The notes beneath the pieces are model-generated. The model had not been told where the DNA came from, made no database searches, and saw only the letters and a program-made list of their open reading frames with translations. Shown in pieces: positions 17,584 to 26,137 of a stretch of DNA of 27,535 nt. The translations under genes were made by a program, and so were the position numbers. Positions within the stretch are counted from its first letter, which is position 1. Every line of letters begins with the position of its first letter. Source of the DNA: Desulfobacterales bacterium (lineage in GTDB: Bacteria > Desulfobacterota > DSM-4660 > Desulfatiglandales > B25-G16); NCBI GenBank assembly GCA_013375335.1, contig JABXJZ010000001.1, forward strand, positions 1 through 27,535. The letters are read 5' to 3'.

Positions 17584-19512
17584 TTACCCTTCCCTAGGAC
17601 GTTCGATTTTGGGTGCCAGCGCTGGAGGAGAGACCTTTCGTACCGCATTATACTCCGGTGGACAGGAAGTCATACATTCCCCACATCGCACGCATGATGT
17701 TTGGTCAATGGCCTTCTTTCTGTCTTCGGTGGTAAAGATCGATTCCGTAGGGCAGCTGCCAACACACGCGTCGCAGCCCCTGGCGCACGCCTCTAAATCT
17801 ATATAATATGCTATTAATGCCCTACACATCATAGAAGGGCACCGTTTTTCCCTGACATGTGCCTCATATTCATCTCTGAAATACTTAACGGTTGTTAAGA
17901 CCGGGTTAGGGGCTGTCTTTCCCAACCCGCACAGGGAGCCTTCCCTTATGTCTAAACTCAGATCCTCCAATAATTCTATGTCGCCCTCACGGCCTTCCCC
18001 CCTTGTTATCCTCTCCAAGATATCGAGGAGATGTTTGGTTCCTATTCTACAGAACGTGCATTTCCCGCATGATTCCTTTTGGGTGAAGTCAAGGAAATAT
18101 CTGGCTACATCCACCATGCAAGCATCCTCATCCATGACCACCATACCGCCGGATCCCATCATTGCCCCGGCCTCCGTTAAAGAATCAAAATCAACCTGCG
18201 TATCTAAAAAGGTCTCTGGCAAGCATCCTCCAGAAGGGCCCCCGATCTGAACTGCCTTAAATTTCTTTTTATCTGGGATACCACCACAGATGTCGAAGAT
18301 AAGGACCCTGAGGGTAACTCCCATGGGTATTTCCACTAGGCCGGCATGGAGTATGTTTCCCACCACGGAGAATATTGCCGTCCCAGGAGTTTTGGCAGTA
18401 CCTATCCCTCTAAACCACCGAGCCCCATGCTCTATTATGGGTGGTATGGATGCCATTGATTTGACATTATTTACGACCGTGGGTTTTCCCCAGAGACCCC
18501 TTTGGGAGGGATAGGGTGGTCTCGGTTGAGGCATTCCTCGCTTACCTTGAATTGACTGGATGAGGGCCGTCTCCTCACCACAAACAAAGGCTCCTGAGCC
18601 CTGAAATACCGATATGTCCAAATCAAAGTTTGTGCCCAGTATCCCTTTTCCTAGGAGCCCTATCTCTTTCGACTGATCAATGGCATTTTTAATCATCTTC
18701 ACTGCGAGGGGATATTCTGCCCTGACATAGATGATTGCTCTCCGGGCTCCTACAGCATAGGCAGCGATAGCTATACCCTCAATAACCTGATGGGGATTAC
18801 TCTCAAGTAAAGCCCTATCCATATAAGCGCCGGGATCTCCTTCATCTGCGTTGCATATTATAATCTTATCCTCTTCCCTGGCATCTCTCACCAATCGCCA
18901 CTTTAGGCCAGTTAGAAAACCTGCACCCCCTCTTCCTCTCAGACCTGATTCTAGGATCTCCTCTATGATCTCCTCTGGCGCTAAGGTGAGTGCCTTGACG
19001 AGCGCCCAATATCCTCCCCTTTCAATATACTGATAGACGTCCTCTGGATCAATGACACCACTGTTGGCCATAACTATCTTGTTTTCCCGGCTAAACCGCG
19101 GGAACTCTAAGACTGAAGGTATCGTGTCGTTTTCCTCCATGGCCCCTAATACGTGCTCAAAAACCGGGTCACCCTCTTCTAAAAAGGCCTTTACCAGCAA
19201 CCGTGCCTTACCAGGTGTCATATCGTGGTAAAGAATGGGCGGGGATCCGGGCTTATCAACTATAACTAGTGGCTCCGCGTAACAATGACCAAGGCAACCC
19301 ACAGGAATAATGTGGGCATTGACTTTTGTTTCTGAAAGCGCCTCCTCAAAGGCGGCCCTTACCTCCATTGCCCCCGATGCGAGGCCACATGTAGCCATGC
19401 CAATGAAGATATTGTGTCGATCGTCTCCCTTCATCTGCTTAAAGCGTCTGTCTGCCTCCGCCTTTATGGATGCAAATACCCCGTTCAGTTTTTCTTTACT
19501 GTTTTGATTCAC
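17584..19512 (-). CDS. NuoF/HydB/HoxF-like FMN/NADH-binding subunit with extra Fe-S domains
   Basis: SGLRGRGGAGF, NADEGDPGAYMDR, GAFVCGEETAL, GGPSGG, ESCGKCTFCR, an N-terminal thioredoxin-like domain (TCG..GCLGHC) and a C-terminal 2x[4Fe-4S] domain. Confidence 0.92.
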   Translation of the reverse strand: MNQNSKEKLNGVFASIKAEADRRFKQMKGDDRHNIFIGMATCGLASGAMEVRAAFEEALSETKVNAHIIPVGCLGHCYAEPLVIVDKPGSPPILYHDMTPGKARLLVKAFLEEGDPVFEHVLGAMEENDTIPSVLEFPRFSRENKIVMANSGVIDPEDVYQYIERGGYWALVKALTLAPEEIIEEILESGLRGRGGAGFLTGLKWRLVRDAREEDKIIICNADEGDPGAYMDRALLESNPHQVIEGIAIAAYAVGARRAIIYVRAEYPLAVKMIKNAIDQSKEIGLLGKGILGTNFDLDISVFQGSGAFVCGEETALIQSIQGKRGMPQPRPPYPSQRGLWGKPTVVNNVKSMASIPPIIEHGARWFRGIGTAKTPGTAIFSVVGNILHAGLVEIPMGVTLRVLIFDICGGIPDKKKFKAVQIGGPSGGCLPETFLDTQVDFDSLTEAGAMMGSGGMVVMDEDACMVDVARYFLDFTQKESCGKCTFCRIGTKHLLDILERITRGEGREGDIELLEDLSLDIREGSLCGLGKTAPNPVLTTVKYFRDEYEAHVREKRCPSMMCRALIAYYIDLEACARGCDACVGSCPTESIFTTEDRKKAIDQTSCVRCGECMTSCPPEYNAVRKVSPPALAPKIERPREG

Positions 19513-20029
19513 CGTGCTGCTTTCCCCTTTTTTCTCGTTGCTTCTCTATCTCGAAACCCAAGATAAGTCCCTCTACCTTGCTTGGGGCCATGTGGCCATG
19601 AACAGTATCATCGATTATGGCCACTGGGGCCAGGGCACAGCATCCCACGCAGGCTACCCTATCAATACTAAATTCCCTGTCCGCTGTTGTTTCAGCCTCC
19701 TTGATCCCGAGCTTCCGTTCAAAGTTCTCCAGGATTATATCACCACCCCTCAGATGGCAGGCTGTTCCAAGGCAGACCCTTATCCGGTGTTTACCCGGGG
19801 GATAAAACCTGAACTGATTGTAGAATGTAGCCACCCCATAAACCTCGCAACCAGAGACTCCGAGATGTTTGGCCACCATTTGTAAGGCGCTGGCAGACAG
19901 GTAGTGGTGTCTTTCCTGAATCATCTGCAAAATAGGTATAAGGTTAGCCCTTTCCTTCTCAAAGGCCGCGAGCATCGAGGCTATATCATTTAACAGGGCC
20001 TCTTCTTCAGTCTCACGTGTGTGATCCAT
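19496..20029 (-). CDS. NuoE/HydC/HoxE-like 2Fe-2S subunit
   Basis: LIPILQMIQE, YGVATFYNQF, VCLGTACH and ACVGCCALAP motifs. Likely start is ATG 20029; the ORF track starts at 20113. Confidence 0.9.
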   Translation of the reverse strand: MDHTRETEEEALLNDIASMLAAFEKERANLIPILQMIQERHHYLSASALQMVAKHLGVSGCEVYGVATFYNQFRFYPPGKHRIRVCLGTACHLRGGDIILENFERKLGIKEAETTADREFSIDRVACVGCCALAPVAIIDDTVHGHMAPSKVEGLILGFEIEKQREKRGKQHGESKQ

Positions 20030-20094
20030 GGATATGTGCTTTCCGGATAAGTATTTAATTCTACTTTGAACTTCCCTATGGGTCGAGTACACAT

Positions 20095-20706
20095 TTATCT
20101 GTCCCCCAACCAAGTCAAAATCCGCTCAAGATCATTCAAGAATTTCCTCATGGCCTGCCCCCTGTGACTTACACTGTTTTTTTCTTCAGGTGAAAGCTGC
20201 GCAAATGTCTTACGAAGGGGAGGATAGTAAAAAATGGGATCATATCCAAAGCCGTGTGCCCCAGCGGGCTCATCGAGGATTATCCCGGAGCACCTCCCAG
20301 CATAATTCAAAACCAGCCCGCCTGGTTTTGCTAGCGCAATAGCGCAGTAAAAGGTAGCCTTCCTATTCTCTCTCCCTCTCATTTCCTCAAGCAGTTTGTG
20401 GTTGTTTTGATAGTCGTCGGCCGATTCTCCGGCATAGCGCGCTGAAAGTACACCTGGTGCCCCATTTAAGGCCTCCACTGCAAGGCCCGAGTCATCAGCC
20501 AAGGCAGGAACTCCAAGCATCATTGATACGGCTCGGGCCTTCTTTGTGGCAATTTCTTCAAACGTCCTCCCCTCTTCGTCAGGGAGAGGGACCTCTTCGA
20601 ACTCAGAAAGCCCCCTAAGAGCTATGGGAGCATTCCCAGAAAGCAGCTCATATTCTCTCTGCTTTCCTTTATTATGGGTTGCCAGAACCATGACTATCCT
20701 TGACAT
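20095..20706 (-). CDS. rdgB: Non-canonical purine NTP pyrophosphatase (XTP/dITP diphosphatase, HAM1 family)
   Basis: LATHNKGK, ADDSGL..EALNGAPGVLSARYAG, GFGYDPIF and EKN.VSHRGQA motifs. Confidence 0.94.
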   Translation of the reverse strand: MSRIVMVLATHNKGKQREYELLSGNAPIALRGLSEFEEVPLPDEEGRTFEEIATKKARAVSMMLGVPALADDSGLAVEALNGAPGVLSARYAGESADDYQNNHKLLEEMRGRENRKATFYCAIALAKPGGLVLNYAGRCSGIILDEPAGAHGFGYDPIFYYPPLRKTFAQLSPEEKNSVSHRGQAMRKFLNDLERILTWLGDR

Positions 20707-20760
20707 AGGCCTCCAATAGCATTACAGGGTCAGGTTTAGGTCCGCTAAAAAATAACGTAC

Positions 20761-20791
20761 TTGAATATTTATTAAAAGCATTTATTATAAT
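20761..20791 (+). promoter_or_regulatory. Candidate sigma70 promoter
   Basis: TTGAAT at 20761 and TATTAT/TATAAT at 20783-20791 (spacer 16 or 19). Confidence 0.35.
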
Positions 20792-20837
20792 CGCTGAAAT
20801 TTTGGCACTATTGCTTTGCATTTTTGAGGGTCATTTT

Positions 20838-21488
20838 ATGGGTGCAGGAAAGACATTTGTCGTTGGGGATGTTCATGGTTGCCTAGATATGCTAAAGGGC
20901 CTCATTGAAAAAATAGAATGGAACCCATCCAAGGATCGGCTCATCTTTATTGGAGACTATATTGATAGGGGGAGGGATTCTAGAGGTGTTGTCGACTTTG
21001 TCTTGGAGCTAAAAGCCAATTCCCCCCATGTTCAATGCCTTATCGGAAACCATGAACAGATGTTTCTTGACTATCTATCGGATATTGATCCGCAGACCTT
21101 CATACTAAACGGAGGTCTCTCTACCCTTAGAAGCTATAAGGAAGTGAGGCGAAGCAGGAAGGATCCGCTGATTCCATCCTCTCATCTCGACTTCTTTTCT
21201 TCACTTTTACCTATGATAGAGCTTGAGCAGTACTACATCGTCCATGCTGGTTTTCGCCCTCACATTACGATAGTGGATCAGAATCTTATTGATATGATCT
21301 GGATTAGAGACGGATTTATCTATTCTGATTATGACTTTGGCAGGGTGGTTATCTTTGGGCATACCCCATTTAGTAACCCTATGATCATGAAAAATAAGAT
21401 CGGCATAGATACTGGGGCCGTTTATGGAAATTGTCTAACCTGTTTGGAGCTCCCAGAGAAAAGGTTTCATTCAGTTAGAGCTCCGTAA
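20838..21488 (+). CDS. PPP-family metallophosphoesterase (Ser/Thr protein phosphatase-like)
   Basis: GDVHG, GDYIDRG, GNHE, HAG, WIR, GHTP and IDTG motifs. GAGG lies upstream of ATG 20838. Confidence 0.88.
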   Translation: MGAGKTFVVGDVHGCLDMLKGLIEKIEWNPSKDRLIFIGDYIDRGRDSRGVVDFVLELKANSPHVQCLIGNHEQMFLDYLSDIDPQTFILNGGLSTLRSYKEVRRSRKDPLIPSSHLDFFSSLLPMIELEQYYIVHAGFRPHITIVDQNLIDMIWIRDGFIYSDYDFGRVVIFGHTPFSNPMIMKNKIGIDTGAVYGNCLTCLELPEKRFHSVRAP

Positions 21489-21644
21489 CTAACGTGCTCG
21501 ACGTAAGCCAAGAGGTGATGATGCTTTTACCAGTTCTGGGCTCCTTGCCACGTCGAGGCCGCCCTCATCTTACTATGACCCTCCCTAATACTACATGGTG
21601 GCCTATATTCTAAACCCTGATACACAGGCCAGGGAAGGGTGTTC

Positions 21645-21673
21645 TTGACTTTGATCTGTTTAAGGGGTATTTT
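21645..21673 (+). promoter_or_regulatory. Candidate sigma70 promoter for the exbB operon
   Basis: TTGACT-17 bp-TATTTT. Confidence 0.4.
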
Positions 21674-21738
21674 TATAGCTAATCCCTCCCTGAGGGGCCT
21701 CTCAATAGGTGAGGTGCATACTAACTTGGAGAAAGGAA

Positions 21739-22347
21739 TTGATTGAGCTTGTCATTAAAGGCGGACCTTTTATGTACCCTATCCTATTTTGCTCTGTTAT
21801 TTCCCTGGCTATATTTATGGAACGCGTATGGGTATTGAGGCGAAAATCGATCATACCAAAGGACTTTATTCTTAAGGTGGAAGAGCTTGTGGAGAGGAAT
21901 AAGATAGCAGAGTCAATCTTCCTTTGCCAGGGAGATAGCTCTTCAATTGCGAGGATCTTTTTGGCGGGCCTTAGAAATGCTGGAAGAGGGATGTGGCTGG
22001 TCAAAGAGGCCATAGAAGAAAAGGGAAGGAGGGAGGGCGTTATACTGGAGAGAAATATAGGAGTCTTGTTGACTATTGCTCACCTCTCCCCACTGCTTGG
22101 CTTACTTGGTACAGTTTCAGGTATGATAAAGACCTTTAATGCGATTTCCGTTTACGGTGGTGGGAGTCCTGCACCTCTTGCAGGAGGTATTGCCGAGGCC
22201 CTCATTACAACTGCCACAGGTCTATTGGTAGCCATACCTACACTGGTCGCCTATCGGTTTCTTATAGATAAGGCTCATATTCTCATCTTTGAAATAGAGG
22301 AAAGCTCTATTAGGCTTGTTGACACTATGGAGGGCAAAAAAGGGTAA
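21739..22347 (+). CDS. MotA/TolQ/ExbB proton channel family protein
   Basis: KGGPFMYPILFCS, LSPLLGLLGTVSGMI and GIAEALITTATGLLVAIP. Start is TTG 21739 or GTG 21709. Confidence 0.92.
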   Translation: MIELVIKGGPFMYPILFCSVISLAIFMERVWVLRRKSIIPKDFILKVEELVERNKIAESIFLCQGDSSSIARIFLAGLRNAGRGMWLVKEAIEEKGRREGVILERNIGVLLTIAHLSPLLGLLGTVSGMIKTFNAISVYGGGSPAPLAGGIAEALITTATGLLVAIPTLVAYRFLIDKAHILIFEIEESSIRLVDTMEGKKG

Positions 22348-22766
22348 TGCGCTTTACTCAGCCGAAGAGGGAGGAAATCAGTCTTGGTGTGAGCATCGCC
22401 CCCTTAATCGATATAGTGTTTCTGCTCCTTATATTTTTTATGCTAACCTCGCATTTTGAGATAATGTCAGGTATTGATATCAAATTGCCTGCTGTTACTG
22501 ACAGAGGATCAGAGCAGTCAGCGGATAACTTGGTTGTGGCAATAGATAAAGCTGGAAACTGTTACCTCGAAAAGGAAAAAGTGACTTTCAGGGATCTTTA
22601 TCTTAGGCTTAAAGGGAGCACTGGACAAAAAAGGATAAACCTGATCTTGCAGGCCGATCGAGATGTCAAACATGGCCACGTTGTGAGGGTAATGGATTTA
22701 GCTAAAAGAGCCGGTGTTACTTCCATTATCATATCTGCCCAGTGGGAACCTGAAAAGGTCTTTTGA
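22347..22766 (+). CDS. ExbD/TolR biopolymer transporter family protein
   Basis: IAPLIDIVFLLLIFFM (conserved TM Asp), IKLP and LQAD..V.HG.VV.VMD. Start overlaps the upstream stop (TAATG). Confidence 0.92.
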   Translation: MRFTQPKREEISLGVSIAPLIDIVFLLLIFFMLTSHFEIMSGIDIKLPAVTDRGSEQSADNLVVAIDKAGNCYLEKEKVTFRDLYLRLKGSTGQKRINLILQADRDVKHGHVVRVMDLAKRAGVTSIIISAQWEPEKVF

Positions 22767-23089
22767 ATTTGCCGCATTTTAAGAAAAGTCATTACCTTAG
22801 CTACATTTCCATTCTTTCCTTTGTGGCCTTGCTTTTGTTAGCCTGGGTAAGCTTCGGGAAACATGGGTTACTAGACCTATATAAAATGCGAAAGGAAGAG
22901 GAGAGATGTCTAGCTATCGTAGATGATCTCAAGGAAAAGAACAGGCTACTCACTGCCGAGATCAGACGACTTAGAGAGGACCCAAGGTACTTCGAGTCGG
23001 TTGCTCGCAAGGAATTGGGTCTGGTAAGGGAAAATGAGATTATCTACCGCTTTAGGCAGGGCAATCATTCCGATACTCTGAATAGATAG
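22763..23089 (+). CDS. Septum formation initiator (FtsB/DivIC family)
   Basis: N-terminal TM helix, FGKHGLL, coiled coil and ESVARKELGLVRENEIIY. Confidence 0.85.
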   Translation: MNLPHFKKSHYLSYISILSFVALLLLAWVSFGKHGLLDLYKMRKEEERCLAIVDDLKEKNRLLTAEIRRLREDPRYFESVARKELGLVRENEIIYRFRQGNHSDTLNR

Positions 23090-23105
23090 TAAGTAGGGGC
23101 AGGAT

Positions 23106-23795
23106 ATGAGACCACTAGACGAGATCTATGATGAAATCTTAAATAAGCCAGTGACACCCCGGGCAAGCCTTTTGCTTATTAAAGGCTTAAAGGAAGAGGG
23201 GAAGCGAGAGATGGTGGTAAAGGCGTGTCAAAAGGCACTAGAATTCTTCCCGGATGACATTAACATAAGGAGGGTTTTGGCGGAAACATATGTTGAGCAG
23301 GGATCTATTGAGCTAGCACAGAACGAGCTAACAAAATTATGTGAGCAGATTGATGAGCTATCTTCTCTTCTTAAACTTCAGGCTGAGGTCTATATCAAGG
23401 AGGACAAGACCAAAGAGGCGATAGATTGCTTAGAGCTATATCTCGCCCACCATAGATCGGATAAGGAGGCAGCTCAGGTTCTCTCTGAATTGAGCTCTCC
23501 CCCTAAGAAAGAGCCATCAATCCTTCCAACCTCTACCTTAGCGGAAATTTACTATAAGCAGGGAGAATTAGAAGCGGCCATAAGGACATACGAACAGACA
23601 GTCAAGGCATTTCCAGATGATGAAAAAGCCAAAAGGAGGCTCGATGAATTGAAGAAGATAAGAGAAGCTGAAGGGCGTGGAAAGGCCAAAGAGGAGCGAT
23701 TGCGAGAAAGAAAATTAAATCTGATTAAGGTCTTGGAAAGGTGGCTTACGAATATAGGGCAAAGAGCGGCCATGAACGTTTCACATCAGCCTTGA
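23106..23795 (+). CDS. Tetratricopeptide repeat protein
   Basis: Helical TPR-like repeats (LAETYVEQG, TLAEIYYKQGELEAAIRTYE). Confidence 0.7.
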   Translation: MRPLDEIYDEILNKPVTPRASLLLIKGLKEEGKREMVVKACQKALEFFPDDINIRRVLAETYVEQGSIELAQNELTKLCEQIDELSSLLKLQAEVYIKEDKTKEAIDCLELYLAHHRSDKEAAQVLSELSSPPKKEPSILPTSTLAEIYYKQGELEAAIRTYEQTVKAFPDDEKAKRRLDELKKIREAEGRGKAKEERLRERKLNLIKVLERWLTNIGQRAAMNVSHQP

Positions 23796-23860
23796 GGCTG
23801 TTGTTGTCATCATAGTGGAATTCTACTGCAAAGACATTTGCAGAAGGAGAAGGGCAATTT

Positions 23861-24433
23861 ATGTATTCAACAGCAGATTTTAGAACGGGACTAAAGATCG
23901 AAGTGGACGGAAAGCCGTTTACAATCATAGAATTCCTCCATGTGAAACCCGGCAAAGGTGGGGCATTTGTAAGGACAAAACTGAAGAACATGATTACCGG
24001 TCAGGTATTAGAGAAGACATTTCGGGCTGGCGAAAAGGTTGCCCCACCCAACATACAGGAGAAGGAGATGCAATATCTTTACCAGGATAAAGGTGAATTT
24101 TGTTTTATGGATACTGAAACGTTTGATCAAGTTTTTCTCACAGGTGAACAGCTCAAGGAGAATAGGCTATTTTTGAAGGAAAACACGAATGTCGAGGCAC
24201 TCATATACAACGACAGAGTAGTGGATATTGAACTGCCACAGTTCGTTGATTTAAAGATCGTTAAAACAGAGCCGGGGATTAAGGGAGATACAGTAACTGG
24301 AGGTAGCAAGCCAGCCACGCTTGAGGCAGGAGCGGTCATTCAGGTTCCACTCTTTGCAAATCTCGGGGACGTAGTCAGGGTAGACACACGCTCAAGACAA
24401 TATATTGAGAGGGTAGAGCAGGGAATCAATTGA
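23861..24433 (+). CDS. efp: Elongation factor P
   Basis: HVKPGKGGAFVRTKLKN, TFRAGEK, PGIKGDT.TGGSKPATLE and VDTR motifs. Confidence 0.96.
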   Translation: MYSTADFRTGLKIEVDGKPFTIIEFLHVKPGKGGAFVRTKLKNMITGQVLEKTFRAGEKVAPPNIQEKEMQYLYQDKGEFCFMDTETFDQVFLTGEQLKENRLFLKENTNVEALIYNDRVVDIELPQFVDLKIVKTEPGIKGDTVTGGSKPATLEAGAVIQVPLFANLGDVVRVDTRSRQYIERVEQGIN

Positions 24434-24931
24434 AAAGGGGTCTCGCCTGCATTTCATGGCTACAGGTATCGGTAGCGTACCGTTCTTAGATGTTGATGAT
24501 GCCTGCCACCGTATCCTTAAGATCTTTCCGGGTATTCCCTTTTGACCTCAGCTTGTGCGACGGAACCATCTTGAGGATATGTGCATCCAGGCAAGCCAAG
24601 GCCTTCGCTTAAAATAAATCACGAGAAAGAGGTTATCCATATCCACTCTACGGAGGAGAGGGATAGTGAACTCACCACTTTCTATGAGCATTTTATGGCC
24701 GAAGATATCGGTTACTTTGCCATCGGCCAAGAATATGCCACTGGTCTCTACAAACTCTTAGAATTGATTCACGAAAGCCCCCAACGTTATGGACCTTTTA
24801 TCAAGGGTCAGATCGTAGGTCCCGTCACTCTTGCGGGAAGCGTAAAGGAACCTACAGGCAAATCCGCCCCTTACAATAGCGAGATCATGGACACCATAGT
24901 CAAAGGCCTAGCCATTAAGGCCCTGACATAA
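24432..24931 (+). pseudogene. Remnant of a cobalamin-independent methionine synthase (MetE)-like / URO-D superfamily gene
   Basis: MATGIGSVPFLDVDDACHRILKIFPGIPF*PQLVRR...EDM (TGA at 24543-24545), a frameshift near 24606, then KGQIVGPVTL...IVKGLAIKAL and truncation at 24931. Confidence 0.65.
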
Positions 24932-24957
24932 GCCTCTAGAGTGAGCATTGCTGCATA

Positions 24958-25404
24958 ATGAGATACCTGATCTATCTCCTGCTCATAGTTTATGCCTTGA
25001 GCCCCTTTGATCTCTTACCTGAGTTCTTTATAGGGCCCATCGGACTGATTGAGGATGTAGTGACATTGGGTGTTCTGTATTGGTATTTTATCTACCGACC
25101 AGCCAAGATGAGGGCACAATCCGAAGGGGCCTATTATCAAGAAGGGGAGAAGAGGAGAAGTGAAAGTTACCAAGAGGATCAAAAAAGGGCTCAAACGGAT
25201 AAGAGATTTTCAAGACTTGATCCACATGAAGTCCTAGGTGTACCTCGGGGGGCTTCAGTAGATGAAATTAAACGAGCCTACAGAAAACTGGCCGCAAAGT
25301 ATCATCCAGACAAGGTCGATCATTTGGGGGATGAATTCAAGGTCTTAGCGGAAGAGAGATTTAAGGAAATTCAGGATGCCTATCAGGAGCTGATGGCTAG
25401 ATAG
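24958..25404 (+). CDS. DUF1232 (YkvA)-like membrane segment fused to a C-terminal J domain
   Basis: [22 protein letters not shown], and PHEVLGV...[17 protein letters not shown]...FKEIQDAY. Confidence 0.82.
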   Translation: MRYLIYLLLIVYALSPFDLLPEFFIGPIGLIEDVVTLGVLYWYFIYRPAKMRAQSEGAYYQEGEKRRSESYQEDQKRAQTDKRFSRLDPHEVLGVPRGASVDEIKRAYRKLAAKYHPDKVDHLGDEFKVLAEERFKEIQDAYQELMAR

Positions 25405-25432
25405 TACGAAAAGCAAGAGGCAATAGCCAAAG

Positions 25433-26137
25433 CTATACCCCTAAGTAGGCCTTTTTCACGTGATCGTCTCCCACGAGCTCCTGGCCTTTACCCTGAAGGA
25501 CGATCCTTCCGTTTTCTAAAACACAGGCCCGGTCGCACAGAGCTAAGGTCTGCATCACGTTCTGCTCAACGAGAAGAACCGTGACACCTTCTTCATTGAT
25601 TCGCCTCACCAAATTCAAGATCAGCTGCACAAGCATCGGGGCAAGGCCCAAGGACGGTTCATCAAACATCATGAGCTTGGGCCTTGACATCAATCCCCTC
25701 CCTATCGCCAGCATCTGCTGTTCACCCCCTGAAAGGGTTCCGGCGGTCTGTCCCCTTCTCTCCTTTAGTATAGAAAAGATCCCGTACACATATCCCAAAG
25801 TCTCAGGCCGTCTGACCTTGGCCTCACCATGGAGGGCCCCCATGAGCAGGTTTTCCTCCACAGTCATCTCGGTGAACAGGTGCCTCCCCTCGGGGACGTG
25901 GACGATACCGTGCTCAATAATCTTATGGGGAGGCAAATGATCCAGACGGATGTCGTTGAACTCGATGGTTCCCTCCTTTGGGGTAAGCAGAGAAGATATG
26001 GTCTTAATCGTGGTGGATTTTCCCGCTCCGTTGGCCCCCACCAAAACCAGGATCTCCTTTTCCTTAACGTCAAAGGAGACACCCCAGAGGACCTGCAGAT
26101 CTCCATAAAATACATCTATCCCACTAACCTTGAGCAT
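25433..26137 (-). CDS. livF: Branched-chain amino acid ABC transporter ATP-binding protein (LivF-like)
   Basis: GANGAGKST, HVPEGR, LSGGEQQMLAIGR and DEPSLGLAP motifs. Likely start is ATG 26137. Confidence 0.88.
   Translation of the reverse strand: MLKVSGIDVFYGDLQVLWGVSFDVKEKEILVLVGANGAGKSTTIKTISSLLTPKEGTIEFNDIRLDHLPPHKIIEHGIVHVPEGRHLFTEMTVEENLLMGALHGEAKVRRPETLGYVYGIFSILKERRGQTAGTLSGGEQQMLAIGRGLMSRPKLMMFDEPSLGLAPMLVQLILNLVRRINEEGVTVLLVEQNVMQTLALCDRACVLENGRIVLQGKGQELVGDDHVKKAYLGV

Noticed and set aside
21514-21560. Fluoride-riboswitch-like start (GGTGATGATG...TACC)
   Set aside because: Lacks the downstream CURAUG element and pseudoknot complement, and no fluoride-related gene follows.
2134-24545. 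Two in-frame TGA codons at apparent Trp positions (2134 and 24543), suggesting UGA recoding to Trp or Sec
   Set aside because: TGA is the normal stop of many intact genes here, TGG is used throughout, and both fragments also carry frameshifts and truncations. Simple TGG-to-TGA transitions explain them.
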